From Gordius albopunctatus (Eukaryota): DNA of 64,000 nt. How positions within the stretch are numbered: the stretch's first letter is position 1; each line of letters opens with the position of its first letter. The stretch is from positions 10,540,001 to 10,604,000 of the forward strand of contig OZ193909.1 of the NCBI GenBank assembly GCA_964276515.1, given 5' to 3'. The position numbers were made by a program, and so were the translations under genes. Below are positions 1 through 12,709 of this stretch, in pieces. The notes under the pieces are model-generated. The model ran no database searches. It was given only the letters and a program-made list of their open reading frames with translations, and had not been told where the DNA came from.

Positions 1-1472
1 GTTCTTACTTGGAGGCATTGAATCATGACCTCTGTCAATTGGATCTTCCAGAAACAATTCAATATATCGATGCCCTAAAAATTATATATTAATATGTTAA
101 GCTATTTACCAATGTTCTGCTTATTCTTTTGTTCTACAACTTGTGTTGCTAATAAATAATTGGGAAATTCTGCAAATGCCTCCCCAGTTGCTTTACCTCT
201 TTTATCCAAATCAAGTGTAACATTCATAGGTTTAAAAGGCATAAAAAACTATAAGAATTATATATAAATAAATTATTTTCATACAGTCATAATATCTTCT
301 TCATCAGCATTAAAAGGAAGTCCACGTAATCTAACCCAATAGGATTTAATTGGGCCACCCATTTTATTAACCATGTTCATCATATTGTTGAAAGGAAACA
401 TCATATTCATGGGCATGTTGAAATCTAAATTAATGATATAAAACTTTAAAATAATACTTGGATTAGTGCCCATGTTATTTAACATAGATAGCATCTGTTT
501 CTTTTCTGGTACTGACAAATTAGATGTAGTAATCACTATAAAATAATATTTAATTGTTTTAAAGCTTATCTACTATCATATTCAAATAATATTAAAACTT
601 ATGAGCCAATTACATAGATGTTTAAATAATTTATAATAAATATTTAATTTATTTTAAAAACTTCTCATTAATTTTTGTTGACTATCTCGCATAGCAGTAG
701 GTGGTAATCGTTTATCTTTCATTGGATTATTCTTTACAGACATAAGAGGTGCAATTCTTGCTGATGTCAAAACATATTCCAACTCTTTAAGGCTACTCAT
801 GAAAACCTCAATATACCTAAGAAAAATTAGTTTTTATATAATTAGTTTACCTATAGCCCATCTTTCCCTTGTGCTTTTTTAATCCCTTTTCTAATGAATC
901 ATAATCTTTAAATTGGACAAAAGCTTCTGAACACCTGCCCTCTTCATCTTTTGGTAGTGTTATTCCATCAGGCACAATGGACAAGTCTAAATTATATATA
1001 TTTAAAACATTAGAAATAATTTACCAGCAAAAAATTCTTCAATTTCTTGAACTGTACATTCATATGGCAACCCACGAAGCCTTACTAAATTATCATGTTC
1101 ATCCCCATACCTTTTTTTGTAATATGAAAAGTCATTTCTTTCAGCTTCAAAAACTTAGACTCTATAGATGCATAAATTTTAAATTTACCTTCGACATATC
1201 GATTATCAATATATTTTTTGTCCTTAAGCAATGCCTTTTCAAAGTCATCCTTAGATTCAAATTCAACATACGCTTCACCGCTGGGGCGCCCATCCTTGGC
1301 ATTATTAAAAACACAACCCCACGCACCATTTTTAATTTTGCATCCTAAAAAAATATAGGTTTAATAAATTTGGATTACCAGTTAGAAATTCCTCTACATC
1401 TTTAAACGATGCAGACCAGGGGAGGCCTCGTAGTTTGACTATATATGTATCATTTTTACCATCTTCGGACAT
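1..1472 (-). CDS. hnRNP F/H-family (glorund-like) RNA-binding protein with three qRRMs; 3' end runs off the window
   Basis: Manual splicing: exons 1472-1379, 1344-1189, 1153-1025, 986-851, 816-662, 535-458, 424-285, 248-110, 74-<1, all GT-AG. Protein: MSEDGKNDTYIVKLRGLPWSAS...GRPSGEAYVEF...RYVEVF; LVRLRGLPYECT...EAFVQF...RYIEVF; WVRLRGLPFNA...ATGEAFAEF...GHRYIELF, which are the three quasi-RRM signatures. Confidence 0.92.
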
Positions 1473-4068
1473 CTTTAATAAATTTTAAATGTCTGAATGT
1501 CTTAATAACAATCTGTTTTTTTTTATCAAATTTAATTTTAATATTTTGATGCAAGTTGAAAAATAAAAATATCCGTTTTTCCGTATTCCACACAAATCGC
1601 TGTAAAAACAAGAAAGACGATCAAGATTAAAATAATGGTCATAATTTGTAACAATTTAGAATGTTTTAGGTGTGAGTAAAAGCATATTAAAGAAAGAATC
1701 GTAAGAGGCGTTAACAAATTTTATTTAATTCATTAGAAACTGGATGATCCCAATTAGATTCTACCATCATTATTGGATACACAGTGGAGTAATTAGAATT
1801 TTAACCTTGTCAGGGGGGGGGGCGGGGCGGGGCTGAACATATATTTAAAACCAGTGGCGAGGGGTCAATAGTGATTTTAAAATCTGCATAGCCATTTGAC
1901 AAACTTTATAATTAGCTATTTCTTTGTGTAATTCCTTTTCAGAATTTACTTGAACTCGTACCTTTTGAGTTTATATCAATATTATGTTACCTAATCTTAA
2001 ATCTTCCCTCATTCGTTCAGCTTCAACTTACACATGATGCCAAATTACAGACTGCAACGGGCTTTCTTAGGTCAATCAGCAGTTTGCCCGTTACATATAA
2101 ACAAATCCTAGGCCGTGTGCGAGGTTATTAAAAACTATGTTGAAAGAATTGTTTAATTCTTCACAATATATTTTAGAGTCACCAAGACACCTTCACTGAT
2201 TCCTTGGTTGCCATTTATTTCTTGAATAATTTAAAACAGATAAATATGGCAAATAAGGAGAGGTTTATCTATTTTTAAGATTTTTAGCCTTTCTTCATAT
2301 ATGTATCCCTAAAAATCTTGTTGATATCTTTCTATATTTATTTTTTGGCTAGTTTTTTTCTTTACATCAATCATTATGAAATTTGTCATATAGAGAAAGT
2401 AATGAAACATCACTTATCAGTTCGTAACTATTCTAAACATATATAAAATAGTATATAAGATAGATCACTCACCAAATTCAATTTGTATCTTATTTTCGCT
2501 TGCTAATCGCCCGCGGTCTCATTACAAACGCCTCCTATTAAACATATACATTTGTCATTTTCACGCAAAATAATTTGAAATTCGCGTTACATCATGAATG
2601 CCCGTTTGTCTCCCATCCTTCCCTATGACAAACGAAATAAAAATTGGGCTTAGAAAGAGGTCAGCGCAAATTTTATTTTTAAAAATTAATATTTAAGCTT
2701 AAACTATGATTTAATAATGCTTTTTATTCAAAATTGAACTATGAAAATATTTAGCATAAAGGAAATCAATGAGTGCGAAAGGGGGATTAGGGAGGTTAAA
2801 AGGGACTGGCTCACAACCACAGCCAGTAGTGTTACTAATAATAATCGTAGTAGATAAACATCAACACGCTCTTAATTCAAAGCTTTAAAGGGAATGGGGG
2901 CTACCTTATCAAAAGCTAAGGATTAATTAATTTTCCATACATTTAATAACTAATTAAGCTAAGGTTAAAAAAATTTAATTTCTCCTCTTTATCAACAAAC
3001 CAAATATATTAAACCAAAATTTGCCGATTAATTTGCAAGTTATTGGCATTTGTAAACAGCAAATATTTTATAAACTTGTAGAGCTGTTAAAGTTACTATT
3101 CTACAGTAACTAGTTAAGTTACGGTTACTTTCAAAAAAAAGAGTGTAACCAATTACAGTTATAGTTACGTTTTTTAAAAAGTAACTGAATACAGTTCCAG
3201 TTACTTACCTAAGTTACCCGGGTAAATTAAAAAAAGTTAATATACTTTATTCACATATTAGAATAAAAATTATGGTTGATTTAAATTCAATAAGACATTA
3301 TTTTCTATAATGTCGTCTATTGAGCTTGTCCGTTTTACTAAAAATTAGTTCACCAAGAGTAAATAGGCTCGAAGGCCGTTGAATGGTAGGGGTACATTGA
3401 ATTTAATAAAAAGTTTTTTCGATTTAGAAAAATTATTATATATTTTCAAATATAAAATGGTTTTAGATCAATTTTCAGATGTAAATTTAGCAAATAAAAA
3501 TTAATTCTTTATAGTTGAAAATAATAAATTATAATACTTGTAATTGATTTTTTCTAATAGGATGATTTACCTATTCAAAATAATAATTAAATATTTAAAT
3601 TTAATACGCGAAGATTAAAATTTAAAGCGATGGACACAAACTAGACGTGTAACTATAAATTAAATTTAACTAATGATTTTTATGTATATATATATATATA
3701 TATTATATATATATATATGTAACTCCGTTTTCTTTGTCCACTAGTAACTCCTAAAGTTCACGACCGATTGCCACCAAATTTGCATTGCCTTAGTATCTTA
3801 GATGGTTTATATATACTATTTAGCGACCTGCGACATCCGTAACCCTCTTTTTTGATTGTGTATACATATCATCACCATTTTCTTAAATAAATATAAGGCG
3901 CGCTTTTAGAAACATTCTCACGTTTAGAGCTTTTTTGCCTTTTTTATGAGGTTCGGTTATTAATATTAAAAGTACAAAAAGATTACTTTAACGGTAAGTT
4001 GATAAATGCAGACAATGGTTAACCGACAAACTTGAAATGCAGTTATATCAGCTATTATTCATACAGAG

Positions 4069-4883
4069 TAGTGCTGTAAATGAACGCGTTCAAATTGAAC
4101 GGCGTTCTTTTATTTTTTGGTGAACTTTGAACGTGAACGCGTTCCTTTTTTTGATGAACGCGTTCGAATTTAACGTTCGTTCAATTTAAAAAACCCTTTT
4201 TTTTTAATTTATTTGGAAATTAATGTTGATCCGAATTTTCAACAAAAAAGTCTTATATTTTTTAATCAGCTGTTTTTCCCTGTTTCCATAGTGTTATTGA
4301 AAAAAGGGATTGAAACCACTAGAATTGATAATGAAAGAGCTGTCAATTCCGAGATATCATTTTTTGACGAGGAAGTAGAGGGCGGATTGGAGGATGATAT
4401 CTTGTCGCAATTTTTTGAAGCGAGGGACAAAACATTGAATGCTTTTAATAAATTTCCTCTTTTAAAAAATTTGTTTATTAAGTATAATACTCCAATCCCC
4501 TCACCTGCCCCTGTGGAGCGGGTTTTTAGTATAGCTAATGCTGTATTAACTGCCAAGTGTTCCTGCTTATCAGACCACCATTTTGAAAACAATTATTATT
4601 AAAAATCAATAAGAAAATAGGTTATATTGATTTATAATTATATTGTCGAAGTAAAACTATTATTTTTTATGGCTATTTATTGTTTTTAAAAATATAAGAC
4701 ATTTATTTAAATTAAATTTTTAAAAAAGTTATCATAAAATTTTGAACGAACGTGAACAAGTGAACGCGTTCATGAACGTGAACGCGTTCCTTTTTTTTTA
4801 AACGAACGTGAACGGGAACGCGTTCGATTTTTGTCAATGAACGTTGAACGCGTTCGATTTTTTTACAAATGTTTACAGCACTA
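4069..4883 (+). mobile_element. Non-autonomous hAT element retaining the transposase C-terminal dimerisation region
   Basis: TIR TAGTGCTGTAAA/TTTACAGCACTA; perfect 8-bp TSD ATACAGAG (4061-4068, 4884-4891); subterminal GAACGCGTTC repeats; ORF 4213-4602 contains FPLLKNLFIKYNTPIPSPAPVERVFS. Confidence 0.92.
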
Positions 4884-4948
4884 ATACAGAGTAATGCTTC
4901 GAGAGCATGAAGAAAATCATATTTAAAATGCCGCCAATTATTCCATCA

Positions 4949-6188
4949 TAGAGGTGTGCACGGATCAATCCGATCCAATCCGTCCGAACTCGGATCGGAT
5001 CAACATTTTTTTTAGTCGGATCGGATTTTTAATTTTAAAATAAACAATAATAAGTTCTAATTAATTAAATTAATAATTTTTAGTATACCTTTTCATAATT
5101 ATCTTTGCATTCTTTTTTTACTTTACCATTTTTGATGCCCAATACCACCTCTCACCTTACTTACCCTAATATATTTATCAGTATTTCCCTAGCGTTTTTC
5201 CCTAACTAGACTTTTTTGTTTGGCGAGAAAGACTAGTGTCAATGATAAATCAGCATCTCCCGTTTCCTTTTTAGCACACGCATCTCTTTCTAGATCAACT
5301 AAACTCCGAAAATCATCAATCACAATCTCCTCTTTCCTTAAAGCACACGCGTAGCTCCTTTCCCTCTTGATTCCGGGTAATCATGAATGATGTAGCTTGC
5401 CTTCTTAGAAGCAATCTCCATGGTTCAGGGGTATTGTCGTTGACGAGATGATGTAAGTCATGCTGACTTAAGGTGAAAAAATCTTGGGGGGGGCGGGTGT
5501 TGGAATTAATCATTGGGATTAGTAACAGCTAGCAAATACAACAATATTGTTTATCATATTAAAAACCGTCATGGAACAAACAATAAAAAAATTTAAAAGA
5601 AATATGCTTCAACAAGTTAAAAAAGAAGACGGAAAAAGTCAAATTTGGAGTTACTTTTACCTTCTAAATGAAAATGATACATACACGGGTTATGTTATCT
5701 GCAAGAAATGCCATCATATCTACACTAAAAATACAATTGACAAATTTGTTACAAAACCTCTCGCTGAGGTGGGTTTCATATTAAACAGTCCTGCCAAGGC
5801 TTTATAAGCTGGCAAATAAAGTTTTAGCTATACCTGCTACCTCTACCACTTCGGAAAGAAATTTCTCGGTGGCTGGAAGAACATTAGAAGAAAGAAGAAC
5901 GCGAATTAAACCAGAAAATTTAGTTTCTTTATTATTTTTATAGGATAATATGGTATTATTCAAATAAAATTTTATATTTCTTTTAGGTCTATTAAAATTA
6001 CTAAACCTTCTTTTTATGTATTTTGAATTTAATCATCAAAAAAATGTTCTGTTCGTAAAATTTTAATTGAAAAATTTCGGATCGGATCGGATTTCGCTTT
6101 TAAAAAACTCAGATCGGATCGGATGGATAAAAAAATTTCAAAAACCCCTCGGATCGGATCAAAAAAATTTGATCCGTGCACACCTCTA
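4949..6188 (+). mobile_element. Internally deleted hAT element (BED-finger fragment joined to C-terminal fragment)
   Basis: 18-bp TIR TAGAGGTGTGCACGGATC; perfect TSD TTCCATCA (4941-4948, 6189-6196); subterminal TCGGA/GGATC repeats; KSQIWSYF...CKKC followed by LANKVLAIPATSTTSERNFSVAGRTLEERR. Confidence 0.92.
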
Positions 6189-6504
6189 TTCCATCAATGT
6201 AATATGTGAGCCAAAATTGAATCGGAACGTCTGCTCTACATTAGTTAGATTACGGGCTTTGATGGGTATCCTTTATAAAAAAGAAGATCAACAGAAGATG
6301 GTGGTAGCGTGGCAACCATTCAACTGCGGAACGCAATAGTCTAGGTAGATAATCCTTGGGTTTATGTCCCCCCTTATGCCCCCCCCCCCTTAAATGACTA
6401 CAAAAATTTATATATAAAAGCCATTAAAAATTTTAAAAATTTATATTTTGCCCCCATCTAATTGAACTTAAAACTTGAATCAACTGGGTATGCCTTGTCT
6501 GCAC

Positions 6505-6726
6505 TAACTTTTTTCACTTATATTAGTTATTTAATAAAATTTTAAAATTAGCCTATTTTTATGCCTCCCAGTGTAACCTTTAAGGTGACACCCCTTTATT
6601 TCCGGACCTAGGCAATTTTTCCCGAATTTTTAAACTGTTTAGTCATCTAGAGCATATTGAGATGCACCAAAAATATTTTTATAAAAATTGGTTTGGCCGA
6701 ACCGTTAGTGGTACCTGTCGGGTTAA
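6505..6726 (+). mobile_element. piggyBac-like terminal fragment
   Basis: Ends ...GTACCTGTCGGG|TTAA; near-identical inverted copy at 19125-19340 (TTAA|CCCGACAGGTAC), which is attached to piggyBac-like coding relics. Confidence 0.7.
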
Positions 6727-6879
6727 TTGTTTGTTTTATTTTTATATTTATTCGTATTAACGCGAACCCATTCCCGTTATTAAACCCATAAATTGCATAG
6801 CAATTAATATTCCTACTAGTTCGATAAAAACGAAAGGGTTATAGACCAGTTTGTTACTATTACTAAGGTTTTTTCTTTG

Positions 6880-7330
6880 TCTAATTATCATTTTCCCCGA
6901 GTTAAGTTGACAATATTGATTCTTAAATTTAATGCCAATTTTCGTTCAAGGTATTTATTTACCTCCATAAACGACAACTGTCACCAAGTTAGGCTACAAA
7001 GACACCTTGACCCATTAATTTGGTTTAAAATGTTTATTGAGCTCTATAAACGACAATTATGACAATTGCCACCAAGACAAGCTGACAAATTTAAATTTTA
7101 TATTTGTAACAACATTATGACACCCTAACCCAACAATTTTCGTTAAAAGAATTGTTTAACTACGAAAATGACAATTGTCACCAAGAGAAGTTGACAAATT
7201 TATATTTTATATTAGTAATAAATTTATGGCGCCCTAACTCATTAATTTCGTCAAAACAATTTATTTAGCTTCTTAAGCGACAATTATGACAACTGTCACC
7301 AAAATAAGTTGATAAATAATATATTCCATA
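6880..7330. repeat. Degenerate tandem array (~100-120 bp unit)
   Basis: Recurring GACAA(T/C)TG(T/C)CACCAA...GTTGACAAAT at about 6972, 7061, 7170 and 7288. Confidence 0.7.
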
Positions 7331-7658
7331 CAAAATATTATAGTTATAACCTATTATTTGCCATATTCGATCTCGCCCCCGCCCAAGTTTCATTATTGTC
7401 TACGTGCCCGACTGATTACCTTTATATAAATAAATTTCTTTTGACAACATGTTCGATTGTTGTTTTATAAAAAGTTAGCTAAATAATTCCCTGTAAATGA
7501 CGATGCTTTACTTTGTCTGACTCTGACCACGGCTAGAGGCGAAAATCTTTGTTAGTTGCTATTTATTTTTGCTAATTATTTTCGTTTAAAAATTTCTTTT
7601 GTCAACTGCTTTCTAACGGATAATTGCGAATTGGCTAAATAATTCCCTGCAAATAAAT

Positions 7659-8007
7659 CTTCTTCTTCTTCTTTATCAGTTATTTGGTCCCACATTGGTG
7701 GGGTTTGTTTTGATGAGTCTCTTCCATCTTGACCGGGTTAGTGCCATGTCTTGACTAATCTCTTTATTTTCCATAACTTTATCGACTTGCCTTTTCCACG
7801 TGACACGGGGTCGTCCTCTTCCTCCCTTCCCCGGTATTTTCATGTATAGCACTTTTCGATTCACGTCATCCGGGTCCCTTCTTAGTATATGCCCATACCA
7901 CCTTAGCCGATTTTCGTTAATCATGTCCGCCATAGGTTGAATACCCATTTTTTGTCATGAGAAAGTCATTCGTCATATGTTCGAGCTTAGTATACCCCAA
8001 GCTCCAC
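7659..8007 (-). mobile_element. RTE-clade LINE, 5'-truncated 3' fragment
   Basis: RLRWYGHILRR...GRGRPRVTW, typical of the RTE C-terminus; (GAA)n tail; same family as 60415-61294. Confidence 0.88.
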
Positions 8008-8328
8008 GATGACCGTTATTTATCTCTACTTTGTCTGACCCAGGCCCTATGCAAAAATCCTTATAAATTGCGATTAATTTTTGCTGCTTATTTTTGTTCC
8101 CCCTTTCTGATGCTCGCCCCTCATTTAATTTATATGGGATAAATATAGTTGTCAATAATTGTGTTATGGACATTATAAATTTTAGTTTTAAATTGATTTT
8201 GCTATAAGCCGTTAAGTTTTAAAATTCGTTTACTAAATCCGTTTCATTCCACTCCAACTTTTAAACCCTTATACTCAAATTAAAATGATTCTAAAACTGG
8301 CTTCACTCAATACTCAAACCTTAAGAGG

Positions 8329-8764
8329 ATTTTTTCCCCTATTGTTTTTACTTTTTCCAATATATCGAATTTCAATTAGTCCCTATGCGAAGCGGCATCT
8401 TTTGAGCCTCCCTCCCTCCCTCTCTATCTAATTGGGTTTATAACACTATACTCTTGGTGCATGTGAGTGATTGATGGATGATGTGGGGGTGTGGGTGTGC
8501 AAAAGTAGTGGTGTAATACGAGCTATTCCTCTAGTAGAGAGGGAGGATGACAGGCGTAGTAGTAGGAATAGTTCGTATTAACCCGCTACTCTTGCACCCA
8601 CCACACTCATCAATCACTTACATGCACTAAGGGTATAGTGTTATATAAGCATATAAGCCAATTAGATAGAGAGGGAGGGAGGCTCAAAGGAAGCCACAAT
8701 TTTGCATAGGGACTAATTGCATTTTTGATATATATTAAAAAGTAAAAACAATAGGGGAAAAAAT
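8329..8764. mobile_element. Foldback/MITE with ~200-bp inverted arms
   Basis: 8329-8531 is an imperfect reverse complement of 8562-8764 (e.g. TTTTTCCCCTATTGTTTTTACTTTT / AAAAGTAAAAACAATAGGGGAAAAA; CCCTCCCTCTCTATCTAATTGG / CCAATTAGATAGAGAGGGAGGG). Confidence 0.8.
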
Positions 8765-9024
8765 GATTTTTCAATGTTTTACCCTAAGTTGGTTCTACCA
8801 CTTAGAGGTAAAAAAAATTTAGCCATTCTATTTCGCTCTATAGAGCGTCAAAAAAGGCCAAAAACGGTCATTTTCGCAACTTTGAATCGAAATATCTAAA
8901 AAAACTCGACGTATAAGAAAACAACGAAAAACATATTTGTGTTCACCACAAAAAACTCTATCAGAATTTGTTAACCGTTTCCCGGTTGATTAAACAAGAC
9001 TATTATTTGTCGACTAGTGTAATT

Positions 9025-11848
9025 TAATAATTGGCCCGACTAACCGAAACGATAGTCTGCTTAAAAAATTCTGCTACAAACACAAACTAAAGATAACCTC
9101 AACCTTTTCCGACCTTTCTCTTGATAACCTAATCACATACCAAAAAAATTAAAATCACCGAGGTACCAAAATTGATTATATAATATGCCAACCAAGAAAC
9201 CACAAAATGATAAAGAACTTCCATACCTTTCAGCCTCTCTTAAAACAGATCATTTTGTCATCTCAGCCGATCTCTTTATTAATCCCTCCTCTCTCCACTC
9301 GTCTAAAAAACTGAAAAAATACCCATCTCGAGCAAACATAATCAAAGACATCTCAAACATAATCAAAGACATCTCTCAACTTCAGTCCAGATTACAAACA
9401 GACTTGAAGGCACTTGGCGATCTTGCCCCCCTCTCAGTCAATGACCACAATGACACTTTAGCAAAGTTTTTCACCCCATCCCAGAGTAACCATCTCCATA
9501 TCAACATTAATTCCTGGTTCTCCATCGATACCATTCATTTAATCGAGTCCCGGTATAACGTTTTTAAGGATAAGACACTTAGAAATAAAAAAGCATGGGT
9601 CCAAAATCTCACATAAAAGATCAAAGCGGCAATAAAAAAGGACAAGGCTAATTACTTATCAAGCAAACTAAAATAAGCAGAATCTGCTGCTCGCACAAAC
9701 AGTACACACACCCTTTAAAAAATTCTCAGGAACATCACCGCAAAATTTGCGAACATAGCTCCAACGATTCTTTGATCCAAACGGAGGCTTGGGAGAACCA
9801 CTTTCGTTCAATTCTAGATCGCCCTTATTCAATCCTCTGTTCCGACATATTCCTCGAATTCATTAATAACTTTAAAACACCCATCACCCCTTCTATCAGA
9901 GTAGAACCACCCTCCTCGAATGAAATAAAATACGTGTTAAAATCCCTCAAACTTCATAAAGCACCCGATGCAGACAAAATCACAGCGGAAGCCCTTAAGG
10001 CTGATTACACCTCCTAGCGAACTCTTGCATCAACTCTTCACAAAAATCTGGCAACAAGAGATCATCCCCCACGCTTGGTCTACTGTTCTACTTAGTAAAA
10101 TCTATAAAAAAGGAGACCCATCTCTTTTTGATAATATAGAGGGATCACAATTATAAATAAAATTTCCAAGGTTTTTATAAAAATAATATACAGGAGGATG
10201 TATCCATTCATTGACGTTAATTTAAAAAGTAACCAAGCCGGCTTTCGTAAGTCAAAAACCACAATTGAACACATCCTTATCTCAAAAATATTATTGACAT
10301 CTCCTTTAAATCTAAATCACCTTTAGTCCTAACATTTGTCGACATTCATAGAGCTTTCGACTCCCTATCCCATCTTTACATGTGGGAATTTTTATGCCTA
10401 CTAGGAATTCCCAAAAAAATTATTAGACTTATCTTCTTTCTCTACAAGGGCATGAAAGTGGTGATAAAACATATACACTACCGCTCAAACCCAATCCAAA
10501 TCAATTTAGGAGTTAGACAGGGATGTCCACTATCTCTTCTACTATTCATCACGACAATGGATCTCATAATTAAAAGATCCACCCTTCCTTACGACGGTAT
10601 CGACATGAACGGCATCAAAGTGTCTTCACTGCTATTTGCTGATAATTTATGCATCATATCGGATTCAATTCTCAAAACACATAACTTTGCCGATAGATTC
10701 GTCTTAGAATCCAAGAATGCCGGTTTAATAATTAACCCAAGCAAGTCTGATATGCTATCTATTAACTTACCCCACCAAAATACTACCTTGACTATTAACA
10801 ACACATTGATCCCCTTTTCAGAATCAATAAACTACTTAGGAGTGACCCTTTCTTCAGACACATATTCCCACCAAGATGCCTATAATAAATTATCTAAAGC
10901 ACTAAAGGGATTTTATTCCTGCTATTCGATCTGGAAATCCAACGAACTGGCTCTACCGACCCGCCTTCGTCTATTTAAAACCACCATATTACCTATATTC
11001 CTCTATGGATGCGAAACATGGTCCATAAAAGGCTCGACCCGAAAAACTGCCCAAACCAAACTAAATTTGTAAAATATTCTACTCTGAGGTAATTAGCAAT
11101 CGAAACCTTTGGACCCTTTGCGAAATCCCTCCCATAAAAAACTTAATTATATCACGAAAGTGGAACTTCCTAGCCCACCAGACTAGACGCAATGGACTCA
11201 ACATTTGCTTAAGTTTAATTCTATGGAGACCCCCCCCCCCAACTTAAAAATCTAAATTGTCGAGGTTCCTGGATCCACAATACTTTTTCAGAACTCCGCT
11301 CTCTTAACCACGAGTGGAATACTATAATCCCCATATAGGAAAAAAGATCCGCTTGGAAAACCTTTTCTGTCTCCAATTTCCCTTCAAAGTATCCCCTCCC
11401 AACCGCCTCAACTTCGAGCAGTCTCTGAACCCTACGTCATCCCAAATAGTATCTACAGTTTTTTTTAGAATGATCTTATCTATCTATATCTGAAACCGAG
11501 TGCGACGTCCAAACTGGCTAACCATGAAGAGCCACTTTCTTTCTACAACCTTTAACCATGAGCCCGAGTCCGACGCCCAAACTAGCAAACAATGTAAAAA
11601 CTGCAAGTCCTCTTTCCAAAATCTCAAAGGAAGTGTCGTATCCTATATTTATATGCTTATACTATTCGCTTGCATGTTCTGCTTTTGCTTTTACTTTAAT
11701 GCTTCCTGCTACTAACAACACTGATCTTCGCTTTAACATACTAAAGCGTGGCCCTATATGCACTTATGGTGTCAGATGGGACTCAATCTTAGTTTGCCGA
11801 TTTAGCTAAGCTCTTGTTTTTCATCGGCGCTTATACATACATACATAC
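9025..11848 (+). mobile_element. Degenerate RTE-group LINE (end of endonuclease, RT, C-terminus, microsatellite tail)
   Basis: Frameshifted RT: KAPDADKITAE, IYKKGDPS, NQAGFRK, GVRQGCPLS, LLFADN, YLG, LYGCETW; ends in an (ATAC)n tail at 11833-11848. Confidence 0.88.
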
Positions 11849-11869
11849 TTAACGTCTTTAGGAACGCCT

Positions 11870-12350
11870 TGAATGGTACCAATGTTTAATGTCAAATCAA
11901 ACGTCGTAGCAGGCTCTCAGCAAGAGATGTGATATCTAGGGCAAACAGCAGTGGCCCTTATGGGTCGCCTGGTTGAATAACATCACTAGAGTGGATGATA
12001 TGTTTAAATAATTCTAAGAAACAGATGAATAACACGCATATGCGAATTATCGGTGAAATGTATGTTGGGCGTTAAGGATTATTTTAAGAATGATACAAGA
12101 GTATTCCGTTGGAACATGTTCGGGGATTTGGCATTTCTTTACGATGTTTATAAGTTTTTTAAGTGTGCTTAGAAGTTTCCAAAACGACCTATCAAAGGAT
12201 TTGATAGTTCAATAATGTAATCTGGATGCAAGTCGTCGACCTGCCCGTATAGAATGCAGCTTGAAAGTATTAATTATAGTTGCAAGGACCTCTCAGTAGA
12301 TGTTTTATGGGGTCCTATGAATTAGATCGTGTAAAGAAAGGTAGGATGGT
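11870..12350 (-). mobile_element. Highly degenerate CRE-like RT fragment
   Basis: Minus-strand translation gives INTFKLHS..DDLHPDY...KLINIVKKCQIPEHV and IHSSDVIQPGDP*GPLLFALDI...FDLTLNI, collinear with INSFPLDS... and INSSEGIQQGDPLDPPLFSSDI...CDLTLNI of the element at 43368-44570. Confidence 0.7.
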
Positions 12351-12410
12351 TTACCGAGATGACCTTAAAAAATTTACCTTAAATATGTCATTATTGAATA
12401 CTTAGGCAAA

Positions 12411-12552
12411 CATGGGCGTAGCCCCTCCCCCCCTCTAAATCCAAAAATTGGCTGAAATTTATTAAAATTATGGCTAACATTTCAAAAAATGTTTATTTTG
12501 CCCCTCCCAAATCATTATTTCCCCCTCTAATCCATTACTGGATACGCCCATG
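12411..12552. mobile_element. Small MITE (CATGGGCGTA...TACGCCCATG family)
   Basis: 10-bp TIR with internal poly-C/G tracts; relatives at 34119-34287, ~34760-34924, ~51800-52102 and 59732. No TSD found for this copy. Confidence 0.7.
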
Positions 12553-12709
12553 CAATGATATATTGTATTTTTATTTATAAAGTTAATGTATTCGCCATAT
12601 TTATAATCAAAATATTAAAGAAAATCTAAAACACGGTTTTAGCAATTCTTATTAATATTTGTTAGGGTTAAATTTTTGATATTTTTGACTATGTTAGTCT
12701 CATCCCCTA

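Noticed and set aside
977..1348. 123-aa plus-strand ORF
   Set aside because: Antisense shadow of hnRNP F/H exons 2-4 with no recognisable motifs.
1900..3950. Coding or regulatory content upstream of hnRNP F/H
   Set aside because: Only fragmentary TE-like pieces (a GTAAC-rich MITE end at ~3079, an (AT)n tract near 3690); no supportable gene.
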